From: Monocercomonoides exilis PA203
Taxonomy: Eukaryota; Protista; Preaxostyla
Direction of reading: 5' to 3'
Assembly (NCBI GenBank): GCA_001643675.2
Contig: LSRY02000019.1
Location: forward strand, 186,001-250,000
Length of the DNA: 64,000 nt
A model generated the notes under the pieces. That model did no database searches. It was not told the DNA's origin and worked only from the letters and a program-made list of their open reading frames with translations. Of this stretch, positions 20,881 to 34,520 are shown one piece after another. The position numbers were made by a program, and so were the translations under genes. Numbering within the stretch: position 1 is the stretch's first letter; the number at the start of each line of letters is the position of its first letter.

Positions 20881-22909
20881 ATGTTAGCTTCTTCTGCAAA
20901 TGATTTTGCTCAACAGTTCAAAAAATGTTGGAGCACTGAAGATCAGGAGCATTTGGCAGAGGATTTTTTGTGCTTAAAGAAAACTGTTCCTCATTGGCTA
21001 GAAAATGTTTGAAAATGAATTCTTGTTTTTAAATATTGATTGTTGTACAGATGAATGAAGGACAAATATCTTCATTGGTTAAAAGACATTTTTCATCGCA
21101 AATTCAGCAAGATGTATTTTCACAAATTCTTGAACGTGACCTTTGTATTGCAAAACAACAATTTTCCTCTGCATTTCATCATCAGAGAACGCTTCTCGAG
21201 TTTGCAATTATATTCAAAAACATGATTTAATTTTGACATTTCTTTTTGAAGTGATTTGGTGCAAGAAGGTCTCGAATGGGCTGTTTCTTTGTTTATGTTT
21301 GTTTTGACTGATCTCAGAAAGATAGCCACAGTGGTTTGTGAAATTTGATTCGTTAAATTTCGAGATATCAAATGTGACATGAAACTAGGCCGACAACATT
21401 CTGGCAAAGGAACGCCAACCACCAAAGCACCTTGAGGAAACTGCAATGCTTTTATATAGTAAATATTTTTCACTCTGCAATAAGGATCGAAGCGAATTCT
21501 CAATTTCAAGAAAAAGGGCAATTTTACACATTGTTAATAACACATTAAAGATATGCTCAAAAGTGTGTTCCGCTCGTTAAATATGTATTAAGCCTTTTCC
21601 CATTCATTTTTTTAAAGATTAATAACACTCAAATTCCCCACAATTTACTTCGATCTACAAGCGCGCCAGGATTTCCTGCACTTGAACTGTTTCCGCTATC
21701 ACAACAAGTCACATATAAGTATTATTGCGGAAGGTTTTATCTTTTTGAATCCAAATATCAGCAAGCAGAACAGGATCTTGATTTTGCTTTCAGAAATTGT
21801 CCTGATGGTGGAGGGTATGATTGCAAGAGCATCCAAGAGAAGTTCCATTTCCATAAGAAATTTGTGTTTATATTTTGAATGTTATGAGATGGTCTTTCAT
21901 TTTTTGAGTTTTATCCTAAAATGTTTTCATATGGTGAATAATTGCTTAATTTGATTTCACTTTTATTTTGACAGGCCAACAGGAAACGTTGAGCTATTCA
22001 AAAACAAGCAGCTAATTCTTCTCTATCTGATTCCGTTGAGGATGCTGAGATTGAAGATGCCATCTGCCGCTTTACTGGGGAAGTATCAAATGAAATGGTT
22101 TGTTGAGATCAGAAACGCAGTGATTGCTGGCGATGTTAAGAGACTAAATGATTCGATCAAGCAACACGAAGAGTTCTTTATAAGGGCAGGAATCTATCTG
22201 ATTCTCCTCCAGCTGGAAACTTTGACTTTCAGGCAGTTATTCAAAAGAATGTGTGCACGAAAAACTTGAAAGGGATATTCTTTTTTGCTTTGTTGAAAAA
22301 GTTATCTGATGAATTATTTGCAAAATCCTTGATTTTAGAGATCTTTTTATTTCTTTCTTTGTTTTTTTCAATTAAATCACTCATCTGCATTGATTCAATT
22401 TTGTGATCTGTTTTGAATGCACCGTGCGCAACAACGGATTTATCAGAATATCTGTGATTGGAGGCACAAACATAAGTTTGGGCGTCCTTTCTGATGTTCT
22501 GGTCGAATTAGGCTTCAAAGAGTTTGCCGGAGTCCCTGTCTCATCTCTCGTCTCATCATCGTCTTCTTCAGCGTCTTCTTCAGCATCTTCCTCTTCGTCC
22601 ATGCTCTCGTCAACATCGCCTGCACCATTTCAATCCACATCGTCACAGCAGGCATCTTTTCCTGCTTCTTCTGCTGCACCTTCTCCTCTTCCATTGCCAT
22701 CTCCCTCCCCCTCTCCTTCTCCGCTGCCTTCTCCTGCAGCCTCCACCTCTGCTGCCTCGATGATGCGGTACGATGAGTTGGAGTGCCAGCTGGCTTTGCT
22801 GATTGCACAGAAGTACATCAAAGGCTTCATACACCACGAACGGCGCATCCTCGTTATTTCAAAAGACACTCCATTCACACCGCTCAAAGTGTTGGCACAA
22901 AGGCTTTGA
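20881..22909 (+). CDS. PCID2: PCI domain-containing protein 2 (PCID2/Thp1/CSN12 family), multi-exon
   Basis: Spliced peptide contains KRAILHIVNNTLKI, FPLSQQVTYKYYCGR, AEQDLDFAFRNC, NKQLILLYLIP, HEEFFIRAGIYLIL and ELECQLALLIAQKYIKGFIHHERRILVISK, all typical of PCID2. Confidence 0.9.
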
Positions 22910-23266
22910 AGAGCATTGTTTGTAAAATTAGGATTAAAAAAAAAAGAATAATTTTGACCTCCAAAGGCATGATCACTTCTTGCCCTCTTCTATCATTTCA
23001 TTACATATGATTACATAAAGCGTTATTTTTTGGGAAAAAAATTCAACTTTATACAATTCACGTGAAACAGAAAAAAAAATGAAGACAAAATTCATTTGAA
23101 AGCTATGAAACAAGAGAAATTCCAACATTAAAACATTATAAATCATAAACGAAACAGAAAAAAAATAAGAAATAAATATTTATTGTAGACTCCATAAATA
23201 AAACTATTCTACATAAAACAATCATATAAAAAATTTTTATTTTTTGTTTGTAATTAGCGCTTCTTT

Positions 23267-26200
23267 TCAAGAAGACTGCTGTGATATGAGGCTTCTCTGA
23301 GTTAGCGGATACGTCTCTCCTGTCACGGTTGTTGGAAGCTCAGGAACTTTTCATTTTCGAACAAGAGTGAAAAAAAAAGAAAAAAAAAAAGAAATATGAT
23401 GCAATGAATCGATTATCAAATATTCAATCTAAAATAGAAAACAAACCATTTTCATTTGGATGATATATCAACGGAGACAGCCGAGGCGATGGCTGCGATT
23501 GAACTGACGAAGAACGATGAGCATGACGCTTGAGCTTATCACTCTTCGGTGGAGATCGAGCGCTTTGCTCTGCCTTCCCCCTTTCTGTCAAGGGAGAATT
23601 GCTTTGTTTCTTTGATTTGTGCTTTTTATTGGAGTTTTTGATCGATCCTTCTTCTTTAAACTCAATCGATGTCAACTGAACAGCTGTATGAGATTTACTG
23701 TTACTGTTGCTGCTGCCTGTATCTTCATGTATCTTTGAGCTGTCACTTTGATTAGATGAAACAGTATCTGTAAGTAGAGGCAGAATGGTGAAAAACTCTT
23801 TATCGTCCTTCCTCTTCCACTCTTCGACTCCTTCTTCCGTTTTGTTAGTGCTCGCATACTTCTTCTCTTCGTTTGCTTCGCTCTTTTCTTTCTCCTTCTC
23901 TTTTTTGTATCTTCCAGAACTATTTGAAACAGGAGATTCTGGTGAGTCCTTTGAACGATGTGTGACAAGTTCTGACTCTAACTGCAGTGCACCGCTGTGG
24001 AAGAAAGACGGTGAAGGCGACTGCAAACTCCTTTGCAGGCGCTTTTGCGGAGTTGTTCCTGTCTGAGAATCATTCGATCCATTCTCTGTTAACCTGGTTG
24101 TTGATGCATCCATCTGCCGATCTGAGAAAACAGGAGGAAACGTCGAGACAGACGAAACTGTCCTTCGCGTGCCTTGTTCAGAGTGTGACGTATTTCGCTG
24201 CTGCGGAGACGAGCTTTGCTGAAGTGAAAGACGAGGGAGGTGGAAGTGGAGCGGCAGAGAAGGAGACGATTTGGGTGGTGCTGGCAGAACTGCATCATCC
24301 CCAACGTTTACAATTTTCCCAGTTCCACCACCGTTTTCCTTCAAGTTCTTTGCTTTTCTGTCTCTCCATTCATCTGACGGGCTGTTGTCTTTGTCTGCAT
24401 TGGACCAGCTCTTTTGTGGTGTGGCAGCAGGATTGATCCACTGATCACTGTCACCCCCAGAAATCACATAATTCCTTGCATTCTGTTCTTTCTCCTTCAA
24501 AAGTCCATTTCCCTGTTCCGAATCGCCATCCAATGTGTTGGAGGAATTCTTCATTTCGCGAGCCATCAGCTGCCGTGAGAGTGAATGTGTTGAGAGAGGA
24601 GATGAAGGAAAGCCATCAGGTCCCACAACAGTCAATTTGGGGGAAGTGAAGCTTGGAACAGAAGGCAAAGGAGAAGAAGGCGAGCGCATCGACATCATAT
24701 GCGATGCTGTGAAGTGTGGACCATAGACAGGAAATACTTCGGGTGAAAGTTCTTGTTCAGAAGATAGCAGTTCATCAGAAGACTGACTGTGAGAATCACC
24801 AGTAGTGCTTGTTTGCTGAGTAGCAGAGCTTATATTGCCTGGCGATGAAAGAATTGACAGATAGTTCGATTGATTCTGCAAAGCGCTCTGCCCAGATGAA
24901 ATGACCACAGCCGCGTTGGAAGACGGCCGAAGCTCGCTTTCAGAGGAAAGCGTTGTGAGTGTTGTCGTTGTCGCTGTTTGTGGAGGAGTCCACGGAGTTA
25001 CCCCTCTCTCTTTGATTTCAGTCTGCCCTGCAGCTTTCCCAGATATGCTGAGCTGCTTTTGGATGGATGCGTTGGCATCTTCAGTGAGAATGTCAGTTGC
25101 TGTGAGAGACTTTGAGGAGTACTGTTGCTGAAGAGAAGAAGACGATGAGGCTGCTTGTTTGGACTGGTTCAATGGAGATTGCTGCGAATTTGTTGATTTT
25201 TTGGGGGGAGTGGAATGATTGGGGGATGAATTGGGTGGAGGAAACGATGCATTTAGGTGAGATGGCAGGCGAGGTGAGTTCAGTGAAGCAGAAGAGCTTG
25301 TCGACGAGAGAGTGGAAGAGAGTGATGAAGTGTGCTCAGCTGATGAAATACTTACAGGATATGAATTTGTGTGTGGATGAGCCTGCACTTGTGAGACAGG
25401 CGATATTGCTGGCTGCAGAAACACTCCGCTGCCTGCTGTCCTCTCCATGCTCTGCAGCTGCGACTGTCGCGAAGATCTAGGGCTTTGTTGGGAAGATGCG
25501 ATGGATGAAGAGGAAGAAGTGCGAGAGAGGTATGGGTGCGACTGGGACACAGAGAAATAGACTGAAGAGTTTGGAGAGAGGAGAGAGGAAGAGCCGAAGA
25601 CAGTGAAGGATGTGGTGGAGTGGACCGGCAAGGAAGTGGCTGGCTGAGAAGAGGAGGTGTTGTATGGGAGTCTTTGGGGATCGGGTGGATACAGATGCAT
25701 TCTCTGTGAACTCTGATGTGATTGAAGGAAAGTAGCCTGCTCCATTTCTGTGGGAGAAAAAGAGGAGGAAATTGAAACGGGCACAAACCCCCCCATTTCA
25801 GCTGAGGAAATGTCTTTGCCTTCCGTGCTCAATGAAGAATACTGAGTGCGATATGGTTGAAGCTGAGGCGATAAAGTTGGCAAGGATGCAGCTGCCGAGG
25901 GAACAGCAGACAGCGAAGGGAAAAGCGACATTGTGGAGCAGAGAAAATCGGTTGATTCGTCCAAAACCTCGCTTGTGTCAACAAGAAGTGCACCTCCTCT
26001 TTCTTTTTCCCTGTCTCTTTCGATTCCTTTGAATGTCCTCTCTTTCACTCGCTCCTCGCCTGCTTCACGTGGACTCTCAATGCTCTGCTGCTGTTGCTGC
26101 TGAGCAAGCATCGCCCGCAAAGTGCTTTCCATCTTCGACCCTCTTCCAACAGTGATTTTTCTTAGCCGCATCTCCCTCGTCCTCGCGTTTTGGTCCTTCA

Positions 26201-28488
26201 GTGCTTGCTCTCTGTCACTGATGCTGATTCTCTCTTTGGCTTGATCGTTTCTGTCGTCTCGGGGGATGTCATATGCAGCAATCCTGTCTGCATTTGCATG
26301 CATCTCCAGCAGCCTTCTTTTCTCATACGCTGCAAGATGGTGTGCAGCATTCAGAACTTTGCCAAGGTTCCTCTGCCTCTTTATGGTGATCTCTATTCGG
26401 AGCGCCTCCAGCTCCTTCTCCTTTTCCTCCTGCTGCTTCCGCATCCGCTCCAGAAACGAAAGCGACAGAAACCGAGACGACATGCCGATCTTCCTAAGAC
26501 GCGCCTCCATCTTTCTTTTGGCTCCTTCGTCGTCCGAGTCATCTTCACTGCTTTCCTCGCCTGTAAGGCCTCTTTTCTGATTCCCCTTGCCAGAGCGGTG
26601 CAATGGACCCAGCAGCAAATCTTTGGATGCATCGTACGTGCCGTCTCTGATAGATTGGATCTTGTCCTGTTGGAAATGTAGTGTCGTTTGTGAATTAAAT
26701 AAACAAAAGAAAGAAAAGAAAAGAAAATTCATTCAAATAAACAAAATGAATAAAAAGAAGCTATGAAGTTGAATCGCATTTTCAATAAATCCAAACATCG
26801 AAGTACTTCTTCCTCAATTTAGCTGCCAAAATCTGCCATCTGTTCTGTATTGCCTCGCTCTTCAATCTTGCTTCCTCTGTGAGTGCATTTTCCACCTCAT
26901 CCACCCTTCCAGCTATTTCTCTTTCCCTCGCTTTGGCATCCTTATTCGCTCCTTCTCCTTCTCCATTGCTTCCACTTCCATTCAATATGGCCAACATTTC
27001 CGCTTCTTTTCTCTTCCATTCTTTGAACAAAGCCAATTCATCTGGTTCAATCTGATTGTTTGCAGCATTCTCAGCTGCTTTTCCTGCTTTCTGCTCCAAC
27101 AGTATCAGCTTCTCTTTCAGCTCTCTGATAACATCGTTCTTTTCCTCCACTTCCACTCGCGTAGCCTGAAGCAGTGACATCAGCTTTTCGCTTTCTGTCT
27201 CTTTTTCTTGTTTTTCTGCAGCGCCATTTTCATTTTTCTTCGATTTCCTCCTTCTTCCTCCATTTCCATCATCCTCCCACTCATCTTCTGAGCCAACACT
27301 TTCTTCCTCTGCTTCTCCTCCTCCGTCTCCTTCACTCGCTTGCTTTGCTCTTTCTTCGCTTTCTTTGAGAAATTGCTCTTTTAACTGCCGTATCTCCATT
27401 TCGTGCTGTTGCTGAATATCTGCCAGATTATTTCTGTGAGTTGGTTGGTTTAGCAATCATCACAGAATAAGCAAAATTCAAATGATCAACAAAATTGAAT
27501 AAATGTTTAATACACATACACAGCTAATAGATCGTTTTCTTTTCTTCTTTGGAGCTCTTCTTCCCGTTCTTTCAACATTTCCTTCAATTTTTTCAACTGT
27601 AACTCTCGTTCTTTCTCAAGTTTCTAGATTAAAAACATGTACCAAGCATTAAATAAAGCTAAAGATTTTTTTAAAAAATCCAAACATAGAACTTATCTTG
27701 AAGCTTTTTCTTGTCAGCTTCATATGATTCGTTCAACTTTTCAATTGCTGCTTGTGTCTTTTTTTGAAGAGTCTCTATATCATCATCTGGATCGGCATCT
27801 TCTCCTAAAAGTTCTTTAAGCCAGGCTTGTGGATTATATAATTTCAGGTCTTCTGGCTGATAAGCATCTCCGAGTCGAGAACGCTGATAAAGTTGCTCTT
27901 TTAAATTAAGTATTTCCATATAATACATCTGTCTCTGTTCCTTTAACAATTGGTCACGTCTCCGAACCTGCGAAACGAGCTCAGAAAATTTATGTCTAAA
28001 AGTTGTGTTTGATTCCGTTGCATCTAGAAGCTTGGTTAAAAGTTCAGAAGCATTCACATCCTTTAATGAAATGCATATAAATGTTTGTTAATGTGTTAGT
28101 TTTCAAAAAGCAAAAATAACTTTAACAAACATCAACAGTTGATCGTTCCTGTTGTTCAAGTGATTTGAAATATATCCAAACTCCAAGAATATATTCTGCA
28201 AACTCTCTCAAAATATCAAAGCAGCTATCAAGAAAAATTGACATCTAAAAAAATTTAGGAAAGAAATAAACTATTGTTGAAAATGTTTGTGTGCGAATGA
28301 AATACCTCTTCTTTCGTATAAGATTCATGAAGCGGAGCATTTTCATTATCATCTCGTAATAGCATTGAAAGGCGATTTTGATAAGATATAACCCCGTCAG
28401 TTACTTTTGAAGATATCCTGGAATCGATGGTTTCATCCCTTACATAGGTTTTTGATGGGGCTTTCTCCTTTGACGAGGAGTCAGCCAT
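23267..28488 (-). CDS. Hypothetical multi-exon protein: N-terminal coiled coils and long Ser/Gln-rich disordered C-terminus
   Basis: Collinear minus-strand ORFs (28255-28488, 27671-28057, 26782-27456, 23424-26732) separated by short AT-rich GT-AG introns. A last small exon probably ends at TGA 23267. Confidence 0.7.
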
Positions 28489-28573
28489 TTAATTATTCCC
28501 AACAACTTATGAAAAAGTTTATGCTTGCTATGATCTTATGAAAAAACTTCGCAGGTAATTTGAAAGCGTCACA

Positions 28574-31352
28574 ATGGACACAGAGGATTTATCCTCTGAT
28601 GTCAAAGATCAAAATAATGTATCTTTTTCTTTTATTTATTGTTTTATTTTTGAAAGCATGTTTTAAGACTGTTGATGTATTTTTTAGTTTTATTGAATCT
28701 TCAAATCATCTTATTCGAGAAGCCGGTATTCAATCTATTCTTGCGCTTCTAGAACATGGTTTGCATTTGCGAGCAAAATTTAAATGATAAATACTGACTT
28801 TTTTTCAAGAACCAACAATAATTCAGCTTTTTATTCAGCCTGAAAGACTAACCAGACTAATGGCAATAATAACAAATGAAACAAATCCTTCTATCAACGT
28901 TTGCAGATTTGAATTTAAAAAATAAATAAAACAAGTTTTTCTATTATTATTGATAAAAGAAATTACTTAATCAGTTATTAGCGCATCTACAAACATCTAT
29001 TGAACATTTTTCGGGAGATAACTATATTTCCAATCAGTTTAGCATTTATAACTTTTTCGTCACAGCGTTATACGTGTGCTGTTTTGCAATTATTATTTCT
29101 GTGTTATTAATTTATATATTTAGAGCAACAATTTTAGTTCTCTAATTTCCGTAATGAAAGCTCTTGAGCAGCATTTTCTGATGCACCCTTTTTGCAACGA
29201 AGCAGCGTCAAGGTGCTCTTTTTGTTCTTGCCTTTTGCATTTTTTGGAGCATGCCATAATTACTCAAGATGTTGCACTTGAATTACACAATCTTTTATCA
29301 ATATTAAAAGATCATGACATTAACGAAACTAATAGGCAGCTTCTTTCTCAATGTGAAATGAAATCAATCAAGATTTTTCATTCGTTTGGAGGGAATACGC
29401 AATCAGACATTGACATGCCAGAAATGACTCATCCGAATATGTTCAAAGCAGTTACAACAATTCCTTATCTTTTTGGAGAAGACGAAGTTTCATCAGTTCA
29501 TTCAGATAGCTCATCAACTGGGCATATCATTCGTCCAATTGCGGATTTTCCACCAGCTTTTCCATCTTCTTCTGCGGTTGTAAATCCATCACCTCCTCCA
29601 ATAGATTCATCTTCTGATGAAATGAATGATATCTCCGCAATTTGCACTCCATTTCCTGCTGCATCATCTTCAAGCCAGCCACTATCCTCTACTGAATCAG
29701 CAAAAGCAACTGGTTTATTTCCTTTCTTGTCGAATTCCACGTGCGAGCAATCACCTTTAGTTATGTGCATGTCTGAGTCAACTGAATCGGATTCATGTGT
29801 TGATGAGCAGTCACATTGTCTTTCTTCTTCTTCTTCCTTTGCTGGAGCATCGTCGTCTGCAACACTTGAATTCCAAAAAGATAGAAATATTGTAACAAAA
29901 CCAGACATTTGCGAATTCCTTTCCGGAGCTTCTGCTTCGTCCAATCAATCTGTTTTGACATCTGCGTTATCGACTGTTAGCTCGCTTCTTCCGAGTGCTT
30001 CAAAATTTGCAATGAAAGCGCTGAGTGATACAAAAATGATGGGCAGCATCTCAAAAGTTATGAAATTTGCCGTTTCGCCTTTTTTGCCAACTCCTGTTGC
30101 TGCAATTGGCTCTGTTCTTGCAGACCCCGTTACATCTCTTGTTGGAGAAGCAGTGAATGCAGAGCATATTTGTCAATTTGTAACGAACTTCCTGGAACAT
30201 AACCCAGATCAGGTTGAGAGATTTATAGCAAATGGGTTTCCTTCCACAATAACGAGTTTTATTCTTTCTCAAAAAGATTCAGATAAAATAACAAAAGTTT
30301 ATATTGCTGCGATGCAATTCTTTGTTCAGTATTGTGAATCTCATCCTCAACGTTTGCATTCTTTGCTTGAAGCCAACTTTTTGGAGGCTCTTGTAACAAT
30401 GCTAATGCAAAATCAGCCAGATATTCGAAGCATAACTCTTGACACATTGAAATTGCTTCTTACTATCAAAGCTGCTCCATGTGAAAATCGAAAATGCCAG
30501 AAAGAGCCACGAAACAAAGCATATGATGGATGCGAAGACGAAGAAAGTGACGATTCAGATGAAAGCAGTGAAAATTCTAACACTTCTCTGACATTCAGTC
30601 AGTCCGATTCTTTTTCGCAGCAAAATTTGCTTCGTTCACATTCTTTCTCAAACTTTGCAACGCTTTCTTCGGATCCATTTAATTCTATTACTTCACAGTC
30701 ACTCCCTCGATCGTTCAGCTCTGATGATTTGGTGAGTGCTGTTCCATCTTCCATTCCTCTGCCCCATCCTTGTTACCACAAATTCTGCCGCTGCAGAGGC
30801 GTCGAGCGCATTTCTTTGGTGTTCCGTCAAAATGAAAGTATGGAAATGCAGCTGAGGGCAAGCGAGGTTTGCGCATTGGTGTTCAGAGGTAGAGAAATAC
30901 CATCTGAATTGGTGCCAATGGTTTCTTTTCTTAAAGCTGCATGCTCAAGTGGTGATCAAGTAATTGAACAGCAGGCCTTAAGCGTTCTTAACGACTTGTC
31001 ATTTGTACAGCATAATCAGCTTATTTTGCTGCGAAATGACTTTATCAAATTATTAAAGATAATGTTACAGTGTGTATTATTTTTCTTGTGTATATTCTAT
31101 TTAATGCATCTGTTCTTTGATGTTTTAAACAGGGACAATCATCTCAAGTGTCCATCAGTCATTATTCAAGTACTTGTTCTTCTTCAAACAATCACTTCTA
31201 ACTGCACACCTCTCACAAAGTCCTTACTTGAAATGGCAATTCCTTTTTCACTTCTTACAATGCTAATTTCTCATTCAGACAAGAACATTTCTCAGAATGC
31301 AGCAGCTCTTCAACAACTGTTGCATCCTGAACAAGACAATTCTTTTATATAA
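28574..31352 (+). CDS. Hypothetical armadillo/HEAT-like repeat protein with Ser-rich insertions
   Basis: ATG 28574 (MDTEDLSS...) splices in frame to TVDVFFSFIESSNHLIREAGIQSILALL. The 732-aa main ORF has ARM-like helices (LLEANFLEALVTML, EQQALSVLNDLS, LISHSDKNISQNAAAL). Confidence 0.65.
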
Positions 31353-31611
31353 AGAGAAATCTTTTTTGTGAATAAGAAGAGAGAACTGTATATGTTTGAT
31401 TTAAATTTCAATTGAATTTTTTTGTTGAGATGTAATGTTGAATTTCATTTAGGGTGATTTATAAGCCCGAATATTTTTTTGTTAACCCGAACAAAAAATA
31501 AAAAAATTATTTTTGTGAAATGAGTATTGATTTCGTTTTCAAAAAAATCTTAATTATAAATGTAATCAACAAGCGTTCGTTTCACAATTTTTAGAGTATT
31601 TCTTTTTTTCT

Positions 31612-31616
<5 letters not shown>

Positions 31617-31642
<26 letters not shown>

Positions 31643-31662
31643 TGTTTGTTTGTTTGTTTGTT
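31617..31662 (+). repeat. poly(T) followed by (GTTT)n
   Basis: Direct observation. Confidence 0.9.
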
Positions 31663-32166
31663 GTTTCATTCAAAAATTATTATAAAAGTTCGAAAAGGCA
31701 ATTATTACGATCCTCATTTTTTTTCCATGAAGAGTTGATAGTATTTTTGGTTGTAACTTCTTCCGAAAAAATTATTAAAAATCAAAAAAACAGTTTTTAA
31801 AGTTAGTCTTTATTTGTTAATTTTTTGTTTTGCAAAATTGATATTTTCGGAACAACGAAAAACATTTTTATTGATCAATACAACCGCATTTTTTAGTAAT
31901 TTGCTCAATTGCATAATTACTGTTTCATCCGAAAAGATGATACAGCATAATTCAGAACATGTTTGATAATAAACATTCTTTATTATTCATTTTATTGAAT
32001 AAATACGTTTTTTAATTTGCCTTCTTCGCGATATTTGATGTATTTTCAAAAACATTTTCAACTATTTTGGATAAATACATTATAGTTGATCAAAGAGTTT
32101 TCTGGTTTGAATATTTTATTCATTTGAATGTTATATATATATTTTCACATTTTTATTTGATATTTT

Positions 32167-33493
32167 TTGGTTATTTCTTTAGACCTTTTTTCTCATTTAA
32201 TCGTCAGTTCTCATGCCGAGCAATCACAAATTGTTTGTGAAATGAAAGAATTAACAGATAAGATGAACAAAGAAGAATTCCAGGCCATTCTTACAGAAGA
32301 AATGTTCAATAAATTACACTACATGATTACTGAAAAGAAATTGCCTTTGGAAAGTGTAACCTTGCTGCTGAAACATATTGGATATTGGAAGAATTTGATG
32401 AATTTTTGGACTCCAAATTTTGATAGTTCTTCACTTTATGATAAATTTGAAGAGATTTTAAATGATGAAGAAAAGAAACAAGAAGAAAAGAACGAAAAGT
32501 TAGAGGTGGATATTTGTGAATGTATTCTTTCTCTGCATAATAAAAACTATGATATGTCAAGCGACTTTCTTTTGATTTGTATACCATGCCTTTTAAATTT
32601 TGTGATTGCCAAAGAGGAAAATGAAGAAGCACGAAATGAGGTAGAAATGGCATTGCTTTCTTTAAGCAGCATAAGTCAATATTGTGAGGTGTGAATTTTG
32701 TTGTGAAATGTTTGTCGTTCATGGATGTAACTTTTGCAAGTATTCGGAAAATGAATTGTGCTTAAATAAATTAGCAGAGATCATAAAGCATCATCAGGTG
32801 CATCAAAACCTAACTCCGCTTGCCTATTTGTCTGCTTTTAGGTTCTTTATGAACAGAGTTCTGGGTTCAAATAATTCTTTAAAGGAGCATTTGGATGAAC
32901 TGCATTTTGTGAAAGAAGTTACAAAGCAGTTGGAAGAGCTGACAAAATGCATCGATTGGAAGCAAAAGAAAAACGGAGTATTGAACACAAAAGAAGTACG
33001 GATCACTAAGAGATGGTGCAAATTGCTTTATTTATATTTTCTTAGCTTCACCCACGAGACAGAAGAAATCACCGAGTGTGCGCGATGCATAATTAGGCTG
33101 TGCAAGACTGCAAAGGATAATTATAGCGAAGTGACTTTGCTTTGCGTTGAACTGTTAAATCTGATGATATTCAAAGATGGAGTTAATGTTGACGATTTGC
33201 TGAGAGTTGGTGCTGTTGAGCTCATTTTGGATGAAATTCATCAGCCAACATTGGGAAATGACTTTACCGAGACTTATCTGTCTTTTTTCTCGAGGCTTTC
33301 GAAGAGATTGAATAGAAACGCCAATGAGAAAAGCGACAAAGAGAAAAGTGAGATAATCAAAAGAGTAACATTTAGTGTGCTGGAAGAAGATGGCTATGAA
33401 GATTCCTTGATTAGCTTCAATGAAATGTTGCGTGTTTATATGAGCCATTATGTATTACCTAAAAATCCTTCTGAATTATTTGTGGTTAATTGA
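32167..33493 (+). CDS. Member of the large Monocercomonoides-type multicopy helical-repeat gene family
   Basis: Two ORFs joined by a short intron near 32690-32740. Signature EEKKQEEKNEKLEVDICEC, CIPCLL..KEENEE...EVEMALLSLS, IIKHHQVHQNLT.LAY.SA and EEDGYED. True start not resolved. Confidence 0.75.
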
Positions 33494-34520
33494 ATCTTTT
33501 TTTATTTTTATAGTCGCAAATTATTGCAACGTTAATACTCAGGGATATGTTTCATTTTCATCATTTCTGAGAATTAAAAGAGTGCTGGTATTTTAACCAT
33601 TTTATAATTTTAGAGTTGAATGTTCTTTTCATGATTGTTTATTGAATTTTGTGATTTATTTTAACATTTATGATTGTTTGATGGGATTTTTTGAAGACAA
33701 ACAAAACAAAGTGAAAGAAAACAACCATTTGTTTGTCTTTCGCCAATTTTTTATCATCCGCAAATAAATGGCGCTGAAAAATAAAAAATTAAAATTATGA
33801 ATAAATACCCACGTCAGTGAGAAAAACTTTGTTAAATTTTTTTTCTGAATCCCTTCTTTGTTTTGAAATAGAATATATCGCAAGAGCCATTTTTTCGGTC
33901 TCCAGAATATTTAATAAGCTTTGATTATTTTTTCAGACCAAGGAAAAAGACAGTTACAACAATGTTTCAAATGCAATGCATTTGAAAAAAAAGTTAGTGA
34001 TTTCTGGATTATCAATGAATTAAAAAAGGGAATATTAAAGGTGACTATTTATTAATATTGGCTCCCAATTCTCCATGAACAACAATTATTCAAAAATCAT
34101 GTTTCATGATAGCGCATACTCCATATGCTTTGGAAAATCCCTCTTCTTGCTTAGAGAAACAAACACTTTTTTACTTTTTTCCACAAAGAGTTCTCCACAA
34201 AAAAGGACAGTCATATGATTTCTTATATGAAGACAAGAATCACAAAACAAATAAAGAAATTCAATATTTCATCTCATTCTGATTGAGGAGCGGGTTCACG
34301 TATCATTATTGGGTTGCGAATTCTTTTTTGTTAACAATGACAACAAATATACAGTAAAGGGGTTTATTCTTTTACTGAAGTTGTAATTATAAAACGTTGT
34401 TACATAAACATTACAAAAACTTAACAATGATGAAAATCTGAACATAAATCAAAGCAAATCAACGACAATGCAAATTAAAGCGTCAATTAAGTTAACAGAA
34501 AAATAAACATATTACAAGCA

